Positions 1 through 10,000 of a stretch of 64,000 nucleotides of DNA are shown one piece after another. Under the pieces are notes generated by a model. That model had not been told where the DNA came from. It saw nothing but the letters and a program-made list of their open reading frames with translations, and searched no databases. Source of the stretch: Candidatus Cloacimonadales bacterium. Its GTDB lineage: Bacteria; Cloacimonadota; Cloacimonadia; Cloacimonadales; DAONDQ01. A program made the position numbers and the translations under genes. The stretch is from NCBI GenBank assembly GCA_963662275.1, contig OY759316.1:608001-672000 (forward strand). The letters run 5' to 3'. The stretch's first letter is position 1, and each line of letters starts with the position of its first letter.

Positions 1-442
1 CCAAGTCATGTTGTGTTCCTTCAATATCTGCTTTAGGCAAATCAATTTTATTGATAACTGGCACTACTTCCAGATTGTTTGCCATTGCTAAGTATAAATT
101 ACTCATTGTTTGCGCTTCAATACCTTGAGAAGCATCCACTAATAGAAGAGCTCCTTCACAGGAAGCAAGACTGCGGGAGACTTCATAAGAAAAATCTACA
201 TGCCCTGGTGTGTCGATTAAGTTAAGAACATATTCTTCACCTTGGTATTTATATGTCATACGGATAGCATGAGATTTGATGGTAATACCTTTTTCACGTT
301 CGAGATCCATATCATCTAATACTTGTGCCATCCCACCCCGGCTGATGACTCCAGTCTCTTCTAAAAGGCGATCAGCTAAAGTTGATTTGCCATGATCTAT
401 ATGAGCGATGATACAGAAATTACGTATAAGTTCTTGCTTCAT
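1..442 (-). CDS. lepA: Translation elongation factor 4 (LepA), N-terminal part; runs off the left window edge
   Basis: Manual translation from ATG at 442 gives [28 protein letters not shown]...[21 protein letters not shown]...[40 protein letters not shown]. Confidence 0.95.
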   Translation of the reverse strand, partial: MKQELIRNFCIIAHIDHGKSTLADRLLEETGVISRGGMAQVLDDMDLEREKGITIKSHAIRMTYKYQGEEYVLNLIDTPGHVDFSYEVSRSLASCEGALLLVDASQGIEAQTMSNLYLAMANNLEVVPVINKIDLPKADIEGTQHDL

Positions 443-526
443 TGAGACTTCCTCCACAAGGAACTCATTACTGCTCACCGTGTTTGTGTCAATGAGAAAG
501 TGAAAGCATCATACTGACAGCATTTA

Positions 527-2387
527 GAGACTGTTCAAAATTAACCTCCATTTTACGCAGCCTTATTGGTAGTGACAGAGAAAAAGTGGTCTAAGTGCGA
601 CCAATCCACATTTTCTTGACATATGCGGGAGATATTTAAACTTGCTAAAAGTGATTCCTGACGCATGATTGGTTGACCTTTATCGACCAGTTCTTTGAAC
701 CAAAGCGAAAACACAAGGTTGCGGGTGGTTTCTTCAGATTTTAGTCCAAATCTACCGGATGTCACCTTCTTGATTTTGCGGTTCCAGCGTTCAGAGACAT
801 TGGAAGTCAAACCTTTGCTGAGGTGTCTCCAATCACTAATGATATTGCTTTTGATGTATTCGGCGGCGGTTGGGGGAGTAATAGCTGTCAGGCTTGCGAT
901 ACCCTTTTTCCTTCCGCCCGCCGTTTCTCTTCGGAAAGCTTTCATAATCCTCTTCTTAAAGAACTTGTCCCTGTCTTCAGGGAGATGACATTGACTGATT
1001 CTTTTGAAGAGATTTCGTATCTTATGGAACTTACAGAGTTGGTAATGGACTTTTGGAAACACTGTTTTTCTTGCAACTGCTAACGATTTACTGCCATCAC
1101 TGACAATCAGGGTTGGATCTTTCCTGTAGAGCTGTCTGAAGGTTCTGAAACATGCTTCGAATGATTCTTTCTTTGTGTCAGGATACAACTCACAAAACAG
1201 AGGGATGTGAGTCACAAAATCAACAATACTGATGACATAGTACGGAATACCTTTGATCTTCACATATTTCTCATCAATGCTGATCTTTCCGCTCCACTTA
1301 CCGATTGAGTTCAGAATCAGGCTCTGCAGGTCAGCGATTTCATGCCAGAGATTTGAGACTGTAGCTTTACAGGTGTTGAGCAGCAAAGCTATCGTCTCGA
1401 AGTTCATACCGCTTCCAACCAGGTAATGTACCAGCAGACACAGGTTCTTGCGTTCCAGACTATGGAACGGCTTTGCATCGGCGGTTCTATGGGATGTATT
1501 GCCTTTAGCAGTCTTCATTTGTTCCAGGAGTCTGTCACAGATAACAGGTGTATTCTGCTGACCGGCAAGCAGTTTCAGCAGATGTACAGCATCACCGCCT
1601 ACTGTCTTTTTCAGAAGAAGCTTCTGAGCTTGCTTAACTACAGACAGAGAATTGACCTGAGAAGCATATTTGCAGAAAGTGGTATAGGACATTTTAAAAT
1701 CATGATGGCTGATGAACTCCTGATACATGACATTTAAAGGTAAAAGCAGGTTATTGATAACAAAATTCTCGATCTGAGGAATACACTCCAGCAGGTCAAC
1801 TTTCCGGCTTAAATATGCCAGGATATCATGACCATGCTGCTCAAACTCTTGCCAGAAATTATGTACATTCCTGCGGTCTGCGTAGTTAAACAGATCAGCT
1901 ATTTGCTGAAGTGTAAGGAGGTTGTCTCCGCCTATTCCTACTAATAAGCGTAGAAACGCTATTAAGAACTTGTGGTTTGATGTTGTCTCAGGCAAAGTGA
2001 ATGAAAATGGTACGTTAATACTTACATGGTATTGGTTACTTTCATGACTAACACTTACCGCTTCTTGAATTGGAGTGTTTTTTTGTCATAATATCCTCCC
2101 TTTTGTTACCAGGTAACAAATGCCATTGAAGCTATAGCAAAAAACTTGTAAAGAACTATTTTATATGATTTTAACTACACATTTAGTCAGAAACGGCTTC
2201 GAAACATTACTTATAATCGCGTGTTTTTCAATTTTAGTCAAAAAGCTTAACTTGTGATTTGGTGTCCTTAGCAGAGCTTATCTGTCAATTCTGGAAGGTA
2301 TGTTAAATTATGACCGTTTCGACCACTTTTTTCAACTTGCTACTTTCTAACTTATTGAATATTATGAATAACTTCATGAACAGTCTC
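527..2387 (-). mobile_element. Insertion sequence with DDE transposase (IS256/IS6-like; family uncertain)
   Basis: Terminal inverted repeats GAGACTGTTCA (527-537) and TGAACAGTCTC (2377-2387). AGCATTT flanks both sides as a probable 7-8 bp target duplication. The element encloses the transposase ORF. Confidence 0.8.
553..1995 (-). CDS. DDE transposase with N-terminal HTH-like region
   Basis: Motifs ISIDEKYVKIKG, IVSDG, QLCKFH, SNVSERWNRKIK. The true start may be upstream at 2089 via a frameshift (see findings). Confidence 0.8.
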   Translation of the reverse strand: MPETTSNHKFLIAFLRLLVGIGGDNLLTLQQIADLFNYADRRNVHNFWQEFEQHGHDILAYLSRKVDLLECIPQIENFVINNLLLPLNVMYQEFISHHDFKMSYTTFCKYASQVNSLSVVKQAQKLLLKKTVGGDAVHLLKLLAGQQNTPVICDRLLEQMKTAKGNTSHRTADAKPFHSLERKNLCLLVHYLVGSGMNFETIALLLNTCKATVSNLWHEIADLQSLILNSIGKWSGKISIDEKYVKIKGIPYYVISIVDFVTHIPLFCELYPDTKKESFEACFRTFRQLYRKDPTLIVSDGSKSLAVARKTVFPKVHYQLCKFHKIRNLFKRISQCHLPEDRDKFFKKRIMKAFRRETAGGRKKGIASLTAITPPTAAEYIKSNIISDWRHLSKGLTSNVSERWNRKIKKVTSGRFGLKSEETTRNLVFSLWFKELVDKGQPIMRQESLLASLNISRICQENVDWSHLDHFFSVTTNKAA

Positions 2388-2526
2388 AGCATTTTGATCA
2401 ATTACAAGAGCAATAATAAATAAGTTGCATATACAGACAACTTCGAATTAGTGGTAAAAATAATGCAAGTTTAAGAGAAATCTATGTCTTCTCTTTATTA
2501 GCTCTTAACAGTAGAAGGAAAACCAT

Positions 2527-3747
2527 ATGAAAAAAACTTGGATAAGAATTATAATAATTGTCATCGTCATTCTGTTTGCCTGGAGAGTTTATTTGAAGAT
2601 AAACCAGATAAAATCAAAGGGTGACGCTGGTAGAGGTGGTAAGAATCGCAATGCAGCGGTGGTTGTCGAACTTGCGACTATTAATAAGGAAACCGTTAAG
2701 GATATAGGGAAATTCAGTGGTTCCTTGTCACCACGTTCGCGAATAATCATCTCCCCTAAAGTTTCTGGAAGATTAGAAAAATTAACTGTGGATATCGGCA
2801 GTATTGTGAAAAATGGACAAGTAGTTGCTCAACTTGATAGTGGAGTTTATGAACAGGATATTAATCAAGCAAAAGCTGCCTTAGCTATCACAAAAGCCCA
2901 AGTGAAGGAAGCGGAAAGTGCTTTAAAAGTATCCGATACGGAATTGGCAAGACAACGGACTCTTTTAGAAAAGGCGTATATATCTCAAGTAGAAATTGAT
3001 CAAGCTGAAAATCAGAATACTTCCTTAAAAGCAAAACGAGATGTAGCTCTTGCAACTGTTCAACAAAAAGAAGCAGCACTTAAGGCTGCCGAGATTCAAT
3101 TAGCATATACTAAAATTCATGTTTCTTGGGACGATGGTGGCAAAACACGTATTGTCGGTGAAAGATTTGTGGATACAGGAGAAATGCTGACTTCCAATTC
3201 TCAAATCATCTCTGTTTTGGATAATAGTTCAATGACAGCAGAAATCGATATTATCGAAAGTGATTATTCTAAAGTCAAAATTGGGCAGGAAGCTGTAATC
3301 ACCGCTGATGCGTATCCGGACAAACAATTTGTTGGGAAAATAGCCCGTATTTCTCCTCAATTAAAGGAAGATTCCAGGCAAGCTCGTGTTGAAATTGATA
3401 TTCCCAATTCTAATGGGCTCTTGAAACCGGGTATGTTTGCCCGGGTCTTCATTGAATTTAAAACTCATCCTAATGTTCCGATCGTTCCTATGGCTGCACT
3501 TACCCAAAGCAAAGGCGTTCAAGGTGTGTATCTTGTCGATAAGCCAACCATGACCGTTAAGTTCATACCTATTAAAACGGGGATACAGCAAGGGGATATG
3601 ATCGAAATCGTGGAACCTCTCATCCAGGGTGAAGTTGTCACATTAGGAAATAACTTATTGGAAGATGGAAAGAAGATACGTTTACCAAAAACAGATAGTT
3701 CAGACAAGAAAACAGGTGGGAAGAAAGGACAAGGTAAACGTCCATGA
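2527..3747 (+). CDS. RND efflux periplasmic adaptor (membrane fusion protein)
   Basis: N-terminal TM anchor, PKVSGRLEKL-V-G--VK-GQ lipoyl motif, coiled coil, LKPGMFARV. Confidence 0.92.
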   Translation: MKKTWIRIIIIVIVILFAWRVYLKINQIKSKGDAGRGGKNRNAAVVVELATINKETVKDIGKFSGSLSPRSRIIISPKVSGRLEKLTVDIGSIVKNGQVVAQLDSGVYEQDINQAKAALAITKAQVKEAESALKVSDTELARQRTLLEKAYISQVEIDQAENQNTSLKAKRDVALATVQQKEAALKAAEIQLAYTKIHVSWDDGGKTRIVGERFVDTGEMLTSNSQIISVLDNSSMTAEIDIIESDYSKVKIGQEAVITADAYPDKQFVGKIARISPQLKEDSRQARVEIDIPNSNGLLKPGMFARVFIEFKTHPNVPIVPMAALTQSKGVQGVYLVDKPTMTVKFIPIKTGIQQGDMIEIVEPLIQGEVVTLGNNLLEDGKKIRLPKTDSSDKKTGGKKGQGKRP

Positions 3748-6700
3748 GCATTTCCAAACAATCTGTTCATCGACCTATTTTTACGATCATGATCGTCCTG
3801 ATCGTGATTATTCTAGGTGGGCTTGCTTTATCGCGCTTGCCCATCGATCTCATGCCAGATGTTTCTTCCCCTACGATCAGTGTATCCACAAGCTATTCGA
3901 ATGCCAGTCCCCTGGAAATGGAACAACTTGTCACCCAACCCATTGAACAAGCAGTCGCTGCCGTACCTGGTGTTCAAGATATCAGTTCTGAGTCATCAGA
4001 AGGCAACAGCGATGTTAGCATTACATTCAATTGGGGAACCAATCTTGATACAGCAGCTAATGATCTTCGTGACAGATTAGACCGTGTCATATCCAGGCTT
4101 CCAGATGAGGCAAGCAGACCTTCCCTACGTAAATTTGACCTATCCGCTATGCCTGTTTTAACCCTTGGTGTAACCAGCAAGCTTGATCCCATCGCTGTCC
4201 GCAAGATCATCGATGATCAAGTCAAATATCGCCTGGAAAGAGTTCCCGGTGTTGCTGCGATGGATGTACGCGGTGGATTGGAAAGAGAAATACACGTCAA
4301 TATTGATCCTCAGAAGATAAAAGCTTTACGCATCCAGTTAAACCAGGTGATGAATCAGATCAGGGCAGAAAATGTCAACTTACCGGCTGGAAACATCATT
4401 GATGGTAGCTACCAAGTCACGATTAGAACTCCCGGGGAATATAAAAACCTGGATGAGCTTAGAAACACTGTCATCATGCAGCGTGGCGGTTCACCAGTCA
4501 AACTATCCGATATAGCCACGGTTGACGATTCTTACGTTAAAATATCAAGAATCATACGAATCAATGGACAACCCGGAATTAATATATCAGTGAATAAACA
4601 GTCCGGGACAAACACGGTCAATGTAGCGAAGGGTATCATCAAGGAACTGGATAACATTAATGAAGAAGTGCCGCAGATTAAGATCATTCCCATCATAGAT
4701 TCATCCATATATATCAAGCGTTCTATTGATAATGTTGCCAGTTCGGCTTTCATTGGCGGTTTTCTTGCAGTCCTCATCATCCTCGTTTTTCTCAGGAATC
4801 TGAAGAGCACTTTGATCATTTCAACAGCTATTCCGATTTCGATTATCGCCACATTCGGCTTATTATACTTTAACGGATTCACTCTCAATTTGATGACACT
4901 AGGCGGCCTTGCCTTGGGTGTCGGAATGCTCCTCGACAATGCCATCGTGGTATTGGAGAACATCTTCCGGCATACTGAAGGTGGAAAAGATCGTGTTGAA
5001 GCTGCTGTTTTCGGTGCTGAAGAAGTACTGCCTCCTATCATTGCCAGCACACTCACGACAGTTGTCGTATTTCTACCTTTGATTTTCGTACGTGGCATGA
5101 CAGGAATCATGTTCAAGCAATTGGCTTATGTTGTCGTCTTCTCCATGGCTTGTTCCTTAATTACAGCCATTACACTGGTTCCTATGCTTGCAGGTAAATT
5201 ACTGACAATCAAGGATGTAAAAGACAAATCAAAGTCATTTTTCGCTAAGATAGGAGATGCCATTGGCGCTTTTCTACATACTGTGGAAGTGCAATATACC
5301 AAGCTTCTTCATTTAGCTTTGAACCATAGACGGGCAACGACTCTCATTGCTTCAGGCTTATTGCTTTTCAGCATGATCCTAGTCCCGTTCATTGGTTCTG
5401 AATTGATGCCGGCAACGGATGAAGGTGAACTGCGTATCAACGTAGAAATGGAAGCAGGTACAAAGCTGGAGATCCTGAGTGAAAAGATGAACCAGGTGGA
5501 AAAGATCATTTCTGCTAAGATACCAGAGATCAAGAATATTGTTTCTACAGCCGGTGGTTCCGGTTGGGGTCCAAGCTCTTCCAACCAGGGTTCGTTCAGA
5601 ATTACCGTTGTTTCCAAAACAGAAAGAAAGAAATCAAGTGAAGATATTGCTACTGATATGCGTAAACTGCTGACCAATATACCCGGCGTTACCATCAGGG
5701 TTCGTACTGCTTCTAACAACATGATGTCGCGTTTCATGGGTGGAGGAGGACGTATTGAGATCCAGATCCGGGGACATGATTTTAATACCGCTGAAGGAGT
5801 AGCCCGAAAAGTCCTGAAAGCTGTAGAAAATGTGAATGGCATAACTGATGCAAATCTTAGCCGTACTGCCGGAAGCCCTGAAGAATTGGTAGTCATTGAC
5901 CGTGCCAAAGCGGAAGAACTCGGGCTGACAGTTCAGCAGATCGCCGAAATGTTGGAAACAGTGTTATCCGGTACCCAATCGGGAAATTACCGTGAAGCCG
6001 GAAAAGAATATGCTATCAGGGTTCAAGTCAAGGATACGGATAAGCTTCCTCTCAATGAAATATTGGATATGTCTCTTGTGAATTCGAGTGGTTTGCCTAT
6101 TGTTCTTCGTAATGTAACACGGGTTGAGAAGAGTACAGGTTCCACCATGATCGAACGCTTAAACCAGGAAAGAATGATCGATGTTTCTGCCAATTTGAGT
6201 GGCAGAAGCATGAGCGCTGTCATGAAGGATATCAAGACGGCTATCAAGGACGTTCCTGTTCCGGATGGTTTCAGTATAGGATTTGGCGGTGATTATGCCG
6301 AACAGCAGAAAGCATTTAAGGAATTGATGGTGGGATTCATTCTCTCATTGATTCTAGTTTATATGGTGATGGCTTGTCAGTATGAATCATTGAAAGACCC
6401 GTTTGTTGTCATGTTTTCCGTACCTCTGGCAGCGATTGGAGTTATTCTTATGCTCTTTTTAACAGGTACTACATTCAATATTCAATCCTATATAGGTTGT
6501 ATCATGTTGGGGGGAATCGTTGTGAATAATGCGATTCTTTTGGTAGACACCACTAATCTATTAAGACGACGTGATGGTATGCCAACTCGAGAAGCTATTG
6601 AAGAAGCCGGAAGAAGAAGACTGCGTCCTATTCTCATGACAGCATTAGCCACGGTATTAGGACTTATTCCTATGGCTATCGGTATGGGTGAGGGTGGAGA

Positions 6701-6824
6701 AGCGCAATCACCTCTTGCAAGAGCTGTTGTGGGCGGATTACTTAGCTCGACATTGATCACGCTTATATTTATTCCTGTTGTGTATTCTTTCTTTGAAGAA
6801 GGATTTAATAAAATTAAGAATTAA
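3744..6824 (+). CDS. RND efflux transporter permease (AcrB/AcrD/AcrF family)
   Basis: 1026 aa; GMLLDNAIVVLENI, GIVVNNAILLVD and RLRPILMT motifs; ATGA overlap with the adaptor gene. Confidence 0.95.
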   Translation: MSISKQSVHRPIFTIMIVLIVIILGGLALSRLPIDLMPDVSSPTISVSTSYSNASPLEMEQLVTQPIEQAVAAVPGVQDISSESSEGNSDVSITFNWGTNLDTAANDLRDRLDRVISRLPDEASRPSLRKFDLSAMPVLTLGVTSKLDPIAVRKIIDDQVKYRLERVPGVAAMDVRGGLEREIHVNIDPQKIKALRIQLNQVMNQIRAENVNLPAGNIIDGSYQVTIRTPGEYKNLDELRNTVIMQRGGSPVKLSDIATVDDSYVKISRIIRINGQPGINISVNKQSGTNTVNVAKGIIKELDNINEEVPQIKIIPIIDSSIYIKRSIDNVASSAFIGGFLAVLIILVFLRNLKSTLIISTAIPISIIATFGLLYFNGFTLNLMTLGGLALGVGMLLDNAIVVLENIFRHTEGGKDRVEAAVFGAEEVLPPIIASTLTTVVVFLPLIFVRGMTGIMFKQLAYVVVFSMACSLITAITLVPMLAGKLLTIKDVKDKSKSFFAKIGDAIGAFLHTVEVQYTKLLHLALNHRRATTLIASGLLLFSMILVPFIGSELMPATDEGELRINVEMEAGTKLEILSEKMNQVEKIISAKIPEIKNIVSTAGGSGWGPSSSNQGSFRITVVSKTERKKSSEDIATDMRKLLTNIPGVTIRVRTASNNMMSRFMGGGGRIEIQIRGHDFNTAEGVARKVLKAVENVNGITDANLSRTAGSPEELVVIDRAKAEELGLTVQQIAEMLETVLSGTQSGNYREAGKEYAIRVQVKDTDKLPLNEILDMSLVNSSGLPIVLRNVTRVEKSTGSTMIERLNQERMIDVSANLSGRSMSAVMKDIKTAIKDVPVPDGFSIGFGGDYAEQQKAFKELMVGFILSLILVYMVMACQYESLKDPFVVMFSVPLAAIGVILMLFLTGTTFNIQSYIGCIMLGGIVVNNAILLVDTTNLLRRRDGMPTREAIEEAGRRRLRPILMTALATVLGLIPMAIGMGEGGEAQSPLARAVVGGLLSSTLITLIFIPVVYSFFEEGFNKIKN

Positions 6825-6990
6825 AATAGCAAAGTAGGGGCGTGCGATAGTACGCCCGTCTTTTGCTCTTCCTGCCTTCACACCTTCTTTCCTTCTCCCC
6901 TTTCTCGCCTTCTTCAAATGTCTCTTGAAAGACAAATACAAGTGAAACTAAAAATCAACTAATCAGAAGGTAACCAAAATCTAAAATACT

Positions 6991-7263
6991 TTAGGAGCTG
7001 GTTAGGAACTGGTTAGGAGCTGACTAGGATCTGACTAGTACCTGCTTACTACCTCATATAGGTGCCAAGAGTGTACGGTAGTGGCATCCTTCAGGTTGCC
7101 TTTTCTCATATATACTACCTCATATAGTTGCCAAGAGTGTACCACAAGGATTCCACTAGTAATACAAAAAAGTTTGAAAAAAGATACGAATAAAGCCTCT
7201 TCCTAAGAAAATCTAAGAAAGTCTAGATGATCCCTAGATGATGCCTAGATGATCCCTAGATGA
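6991..7263. repeat. Intergenic cluster of degenerate 11-bp tandem repeats plus a 30-bp direct repeat
   Basis: TTAGGAGCTGG-like x5 (6991-7044); TACTACCTCATATAGKTGCCAAGAGTGTAC at 7047-7076 and 7113-7142; CTAGATGATCC-like x~4 (7223-7263). Confidence 0.8.
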
Positions 7264-7350
7264 AACATACCTCAAAAAGAAAGTGCGAAGTGCGAGGTTC
7301 GAAGTCAGAAGTTCCGGAGAAAAGTAGCGATTTGCGGTAATATCTTAGCT

Positions 7351-7692
7351 ATGTATAGCGGAACAAACTATACTGCACAATTAGTTAACTACGCATGGTA
7401 TAGTGCAAACGCTAGTGGAACTACCCATACTGTAGGTACTAAGACAGCAGATGAACTTGGCTTATTTGATATGAGTGGGAACGTTTGGGAATGGACTTGG
7501 AATATCAATACTTCATATCCATCCGGTGCTCAGACTAACCCGCATGGTGCGGTCAGCGGATCTTACCGTGTGTTTCGCAGTGGTAGTTGGCAACTAATTG
7601 CGGATTTCTGTACCGTTTCCAGTCGTAACTTCAACACTGCGACTACCAAAGCTGGTGATTTCGGTTTCCGCTGCGTCAGGATAGCCCCTTGA
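7351..7692 (+). pseudogene. C-terminal fragment of an FGE-sulfatase/SUMF1 (C-type lectin fold) protein
   Basis: ELGLFDMSGNVWEW and RVFRSGSW...FGFRCVR motifs. It lacks the N-terminal half seen in the paralog at 27469-28401 and has no clear RBS. Confidence 0.75.
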
Positions 7693-7916
7693 TAGGAAAG
7701 TTAAGGTTTTAGAGTTCCAATGAAAATCGGTTTTGAAGTCCGAATTTCCTATTACTCAGTATTCGTAAAAGACTCGAAGGAAATTTGAACTCCAAATCCT
7801 TAGCTTTCATGTGAAATTCAAAATCATAGATAGCTTACTATAGGAAGGTTAGAAAATTAAGGTAGAAAAACCTCCCTCGTTGATATACATAGATCAAATC
7901 AACAAAGGAGGTAACA

Positions 7917-9194
7917 ATGATTACCACATCAAAATCTAACCCAAAGAGGTTTTTTGTCAACTCAGAAATGATGCTTGTTGGCATTGATATCAGCAAGCAC
8001 AAACACAGTGTGTATTTTTGTGATTTTACAGGTGAACGGAAGCGTAAGCCATTTTTTATTACAAACAATCATGATGGTTTTCAGTATCTGCTAAAAGAAG
8101 CAGAACAGCAAAAGCGTTTGTGGAATCTGAACGAGATTGTATTTGGAATGGAACCAACAGGTTCATATGTAAAGCCACTCCAGTACTTCTTGGAAGAACG
8201 CTGCTATCAAATCCAAAGCATCAACCCATTACACACTAAAAGATGGAAGGATATTGAAGATAATCATCCATCCAAGAATGATTTGAAAGACAGTATTATC
8301 ATTACCTCTCTGTTAAGAATGGGCAAGAGCATCCATCATCGGAGACCTGAAGGTGTTTTCGCGGAGTTGAACAACTATGCAGCTTATTATCACCAGTTAA
8401 TCACAGATATTCGCAGGCAGAGGAACTATCTGGAAGCCTCTTATGCCTGTTACTTTCCTGAATTGAGTAACTTTTTCAAATTTAACAGTACGGGAGTAAT
8501 GTATATCATGGAGTGTTTTCCTCTTCCTCAGGATATCGTAAATGCAGGATATGAGAATTTTCTGAAGATTATGAAAACAAAAAGCAAAGGGTGCATAGCT
8601 ACAGAGAAGCTTCACAGTTTATATCAGGTATCTCTAACAAGTATTGGCATGAGTCAGGGAGCGGATAGTGCGAGAGTGGTCATAAATGCGATCTATGAGG
8701 ATATCAGCTATAAACAATACCATCTCAAACAAATCAAAACAGCAATCATGACATGTGTAGATAAAATCAGTTATGGATCGTTATTGGTGACAATACCTGG
8801 TTTGAGTAAAGTATCAGTGGGGTTAATTCTGGCGGAGACTGGAGATATCAATCAATATGGTCGATATCAGGATTTAGTCAAACTTGCCGGATTGAGTTTA
8901 AAACACAATCAATCAGGAGAATACCATGGGCAATATCATATCTCTAAGGTAGGAAGAGTAAGGTTGCGAAGGATCTTGTATATGCTTACTCTGGAAATGA
9001 TTATAAACAATCAATTAATCAATCAGATATATAATTATCAAGTAAAAAAGCGAGGTAATAACAAGGTCAAAACTATCGTTTCTTTGAGCAGTAAATTACT
9101 GGGAATCATGTACTCAATGGTTAAATATGAAAGGTCGTTTGATCCTGAACAGCGAAAGCTATATGCAGGTTATTTAACTGAAAATAATCAGTGA
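7917..9194 (+). CDS. IS110-family DEDD recombinase/transposase
   Basis: GIDISKHKH, GMEPTG, KNDLKDS (RuvC-like DEDD); TIPGL...ILAETGDI...LAGL...QSG...ISKVG C-terminal Tnp domain. Confidence 0.95.
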   Translation: MITTSKSNPKRFFVNSEMMLVGIDISKHKHSVYFCDFTGERKRKPFFITNNHDGFQYLLKEAEQQKRLWNLNEIVFGMEPTGSYVKPLQYFLEERCYQIQSINPLHTKRWKDIEDNHPSKNDLKDSIIITSLLRMGKSIHHRRPEGVFAELNNYAAYYHQLITDIRRQRNYLEASYACYFPELSNFFKFNSTGVMYIMECFPLPQDIVNAGYENFLKIMKTKSKGCIATEKLHSLYQVSLTSIGMSQGADSARVVINAIYEDISYKQYHLKQIKTAIMTCVDKISYGSLLVTIPGLSKVSVGLILAETGDINQYGRYQDLVKLAGLSLKHNQSGEYHGQYHISKVGRVRLRRILYMLTLEMIINNQLINQIYNYQVKKRGNNKVKTIVSLSSKLLGIMYSMVKYERSFDPEQRKLYAGYLTENNQ

Positions 9195-9237
9195 GCCAAG
9201 AAAAAAAAGTAGTCAAAAAATAATGGAGGTGTTTAGA

Positions 9238-9410
9238 TTGGTTCACTCGCCGGATGATGTAGTCATTAGGCACTAAGGCTTGTTTACAAGACCTTCTACC
9301 ATAGCTCATTATAGCACACCGGCGGGTATTATCTCAGATAGGATAAAGTAAGAATAGGATACCATCAGAAGGTAATCCAGTATATCAGCAAGATCGGGAT
9401 GTAGAACCAA
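9238..9410 (+). ncRNA. Predicted bridge/seek RNA of IS110 copy 1
   Basis: Closing stem TTGGTTC/GAACCAA encloses two stem-internal loop-hairpin domains whose loop strands match the insertion targets and the donor junction (see findings). Boundaries are approximate. Confidence 0.75.
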
Positions 9411-9469
9411 GAGAGCTTTGATAAGTAATATTCGATTTAATCATAGAATTCAGATCGAAAATCAGCGTC

Positions 9470-9524
9470 TCTGGAACCCTGCAATGACGCTTCGGTACCC
9501 TACGCGTCATTGCAGGGTTCCAGA
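9470..9524 (+). terminator. Perfect 21-bp hairpin in the IS110 right end (terminator or processing site)
   Basis: TCTGGAACCCTGCAATGACGC (9470-9490) / GCGTCATTGCAGGGTTCCAGA (9504-9524). No clear U-tract, so the function is inferred. Confidence 0.55.
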
Positions 9525-10000
9525 AAGCCAAGTACTATGAATATATTATAATATATAACTATCTAACTATATCAGCTTAATGTGTCGTCTTCCAGACTTT
9601 TTTTGCAAAAACTTTAGGTGGTATTTTTGTTAGATCGTAAATCCAGTAAGGACTTCCTGGGCTAACAGAGTTACGTCCTGCGGACTGGTATTCTACAGAT
9701 TACCGCCTGAAGTCAGCGGTACAAGACAACCGGCTGAACCCGGAGCCACAGGATAAGAACCGTTTCTCACTTTTCCTACACATTCTCTTATCCCTCTCTT
9801 GAAGAAGAAGTTATAGACTAGAGAAAGAATCAAACTCTCCGACACTAAAGTGCCACCTCTCTTTATCCAAAGAGAGGAATGGTTCCCCCTGTACGCTGTA
9901 CGCTGTACGCTGTACGCTTCTGCCATCCTTTTCCTTGACAATGGTTTCATCTAATAAAATTTAAAGACAGAATACGAGTAACAAATAAGGAGTTAGAGGC

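Larger units (their letters stand above)
7832..9576 (+). mobile_element. IS110-family element, copy 1 (short left end, long 3' non-coding end as in the IS1111 group)
   Basis: Matches 53036-54780 at offset 45204 with no differences seen by eye. AGC at both junctions; no terminal IR or long TSD. Confidence 0.92.

Noticed and set aside
7835..9573. Sub-terminal inverted repeats typical of IS1111
   Set aside because: Only weak AT-rich similarity between the ends; not convincing by eye.
9640..9730. Structured ncRNA or riboswitch upstream of the oxidoreductase operon
   Set aside because: Imperfect hairpins are present but adjoin REP-like repeats, and I could not match a known aptamer consensus; needs an Rfam scan.
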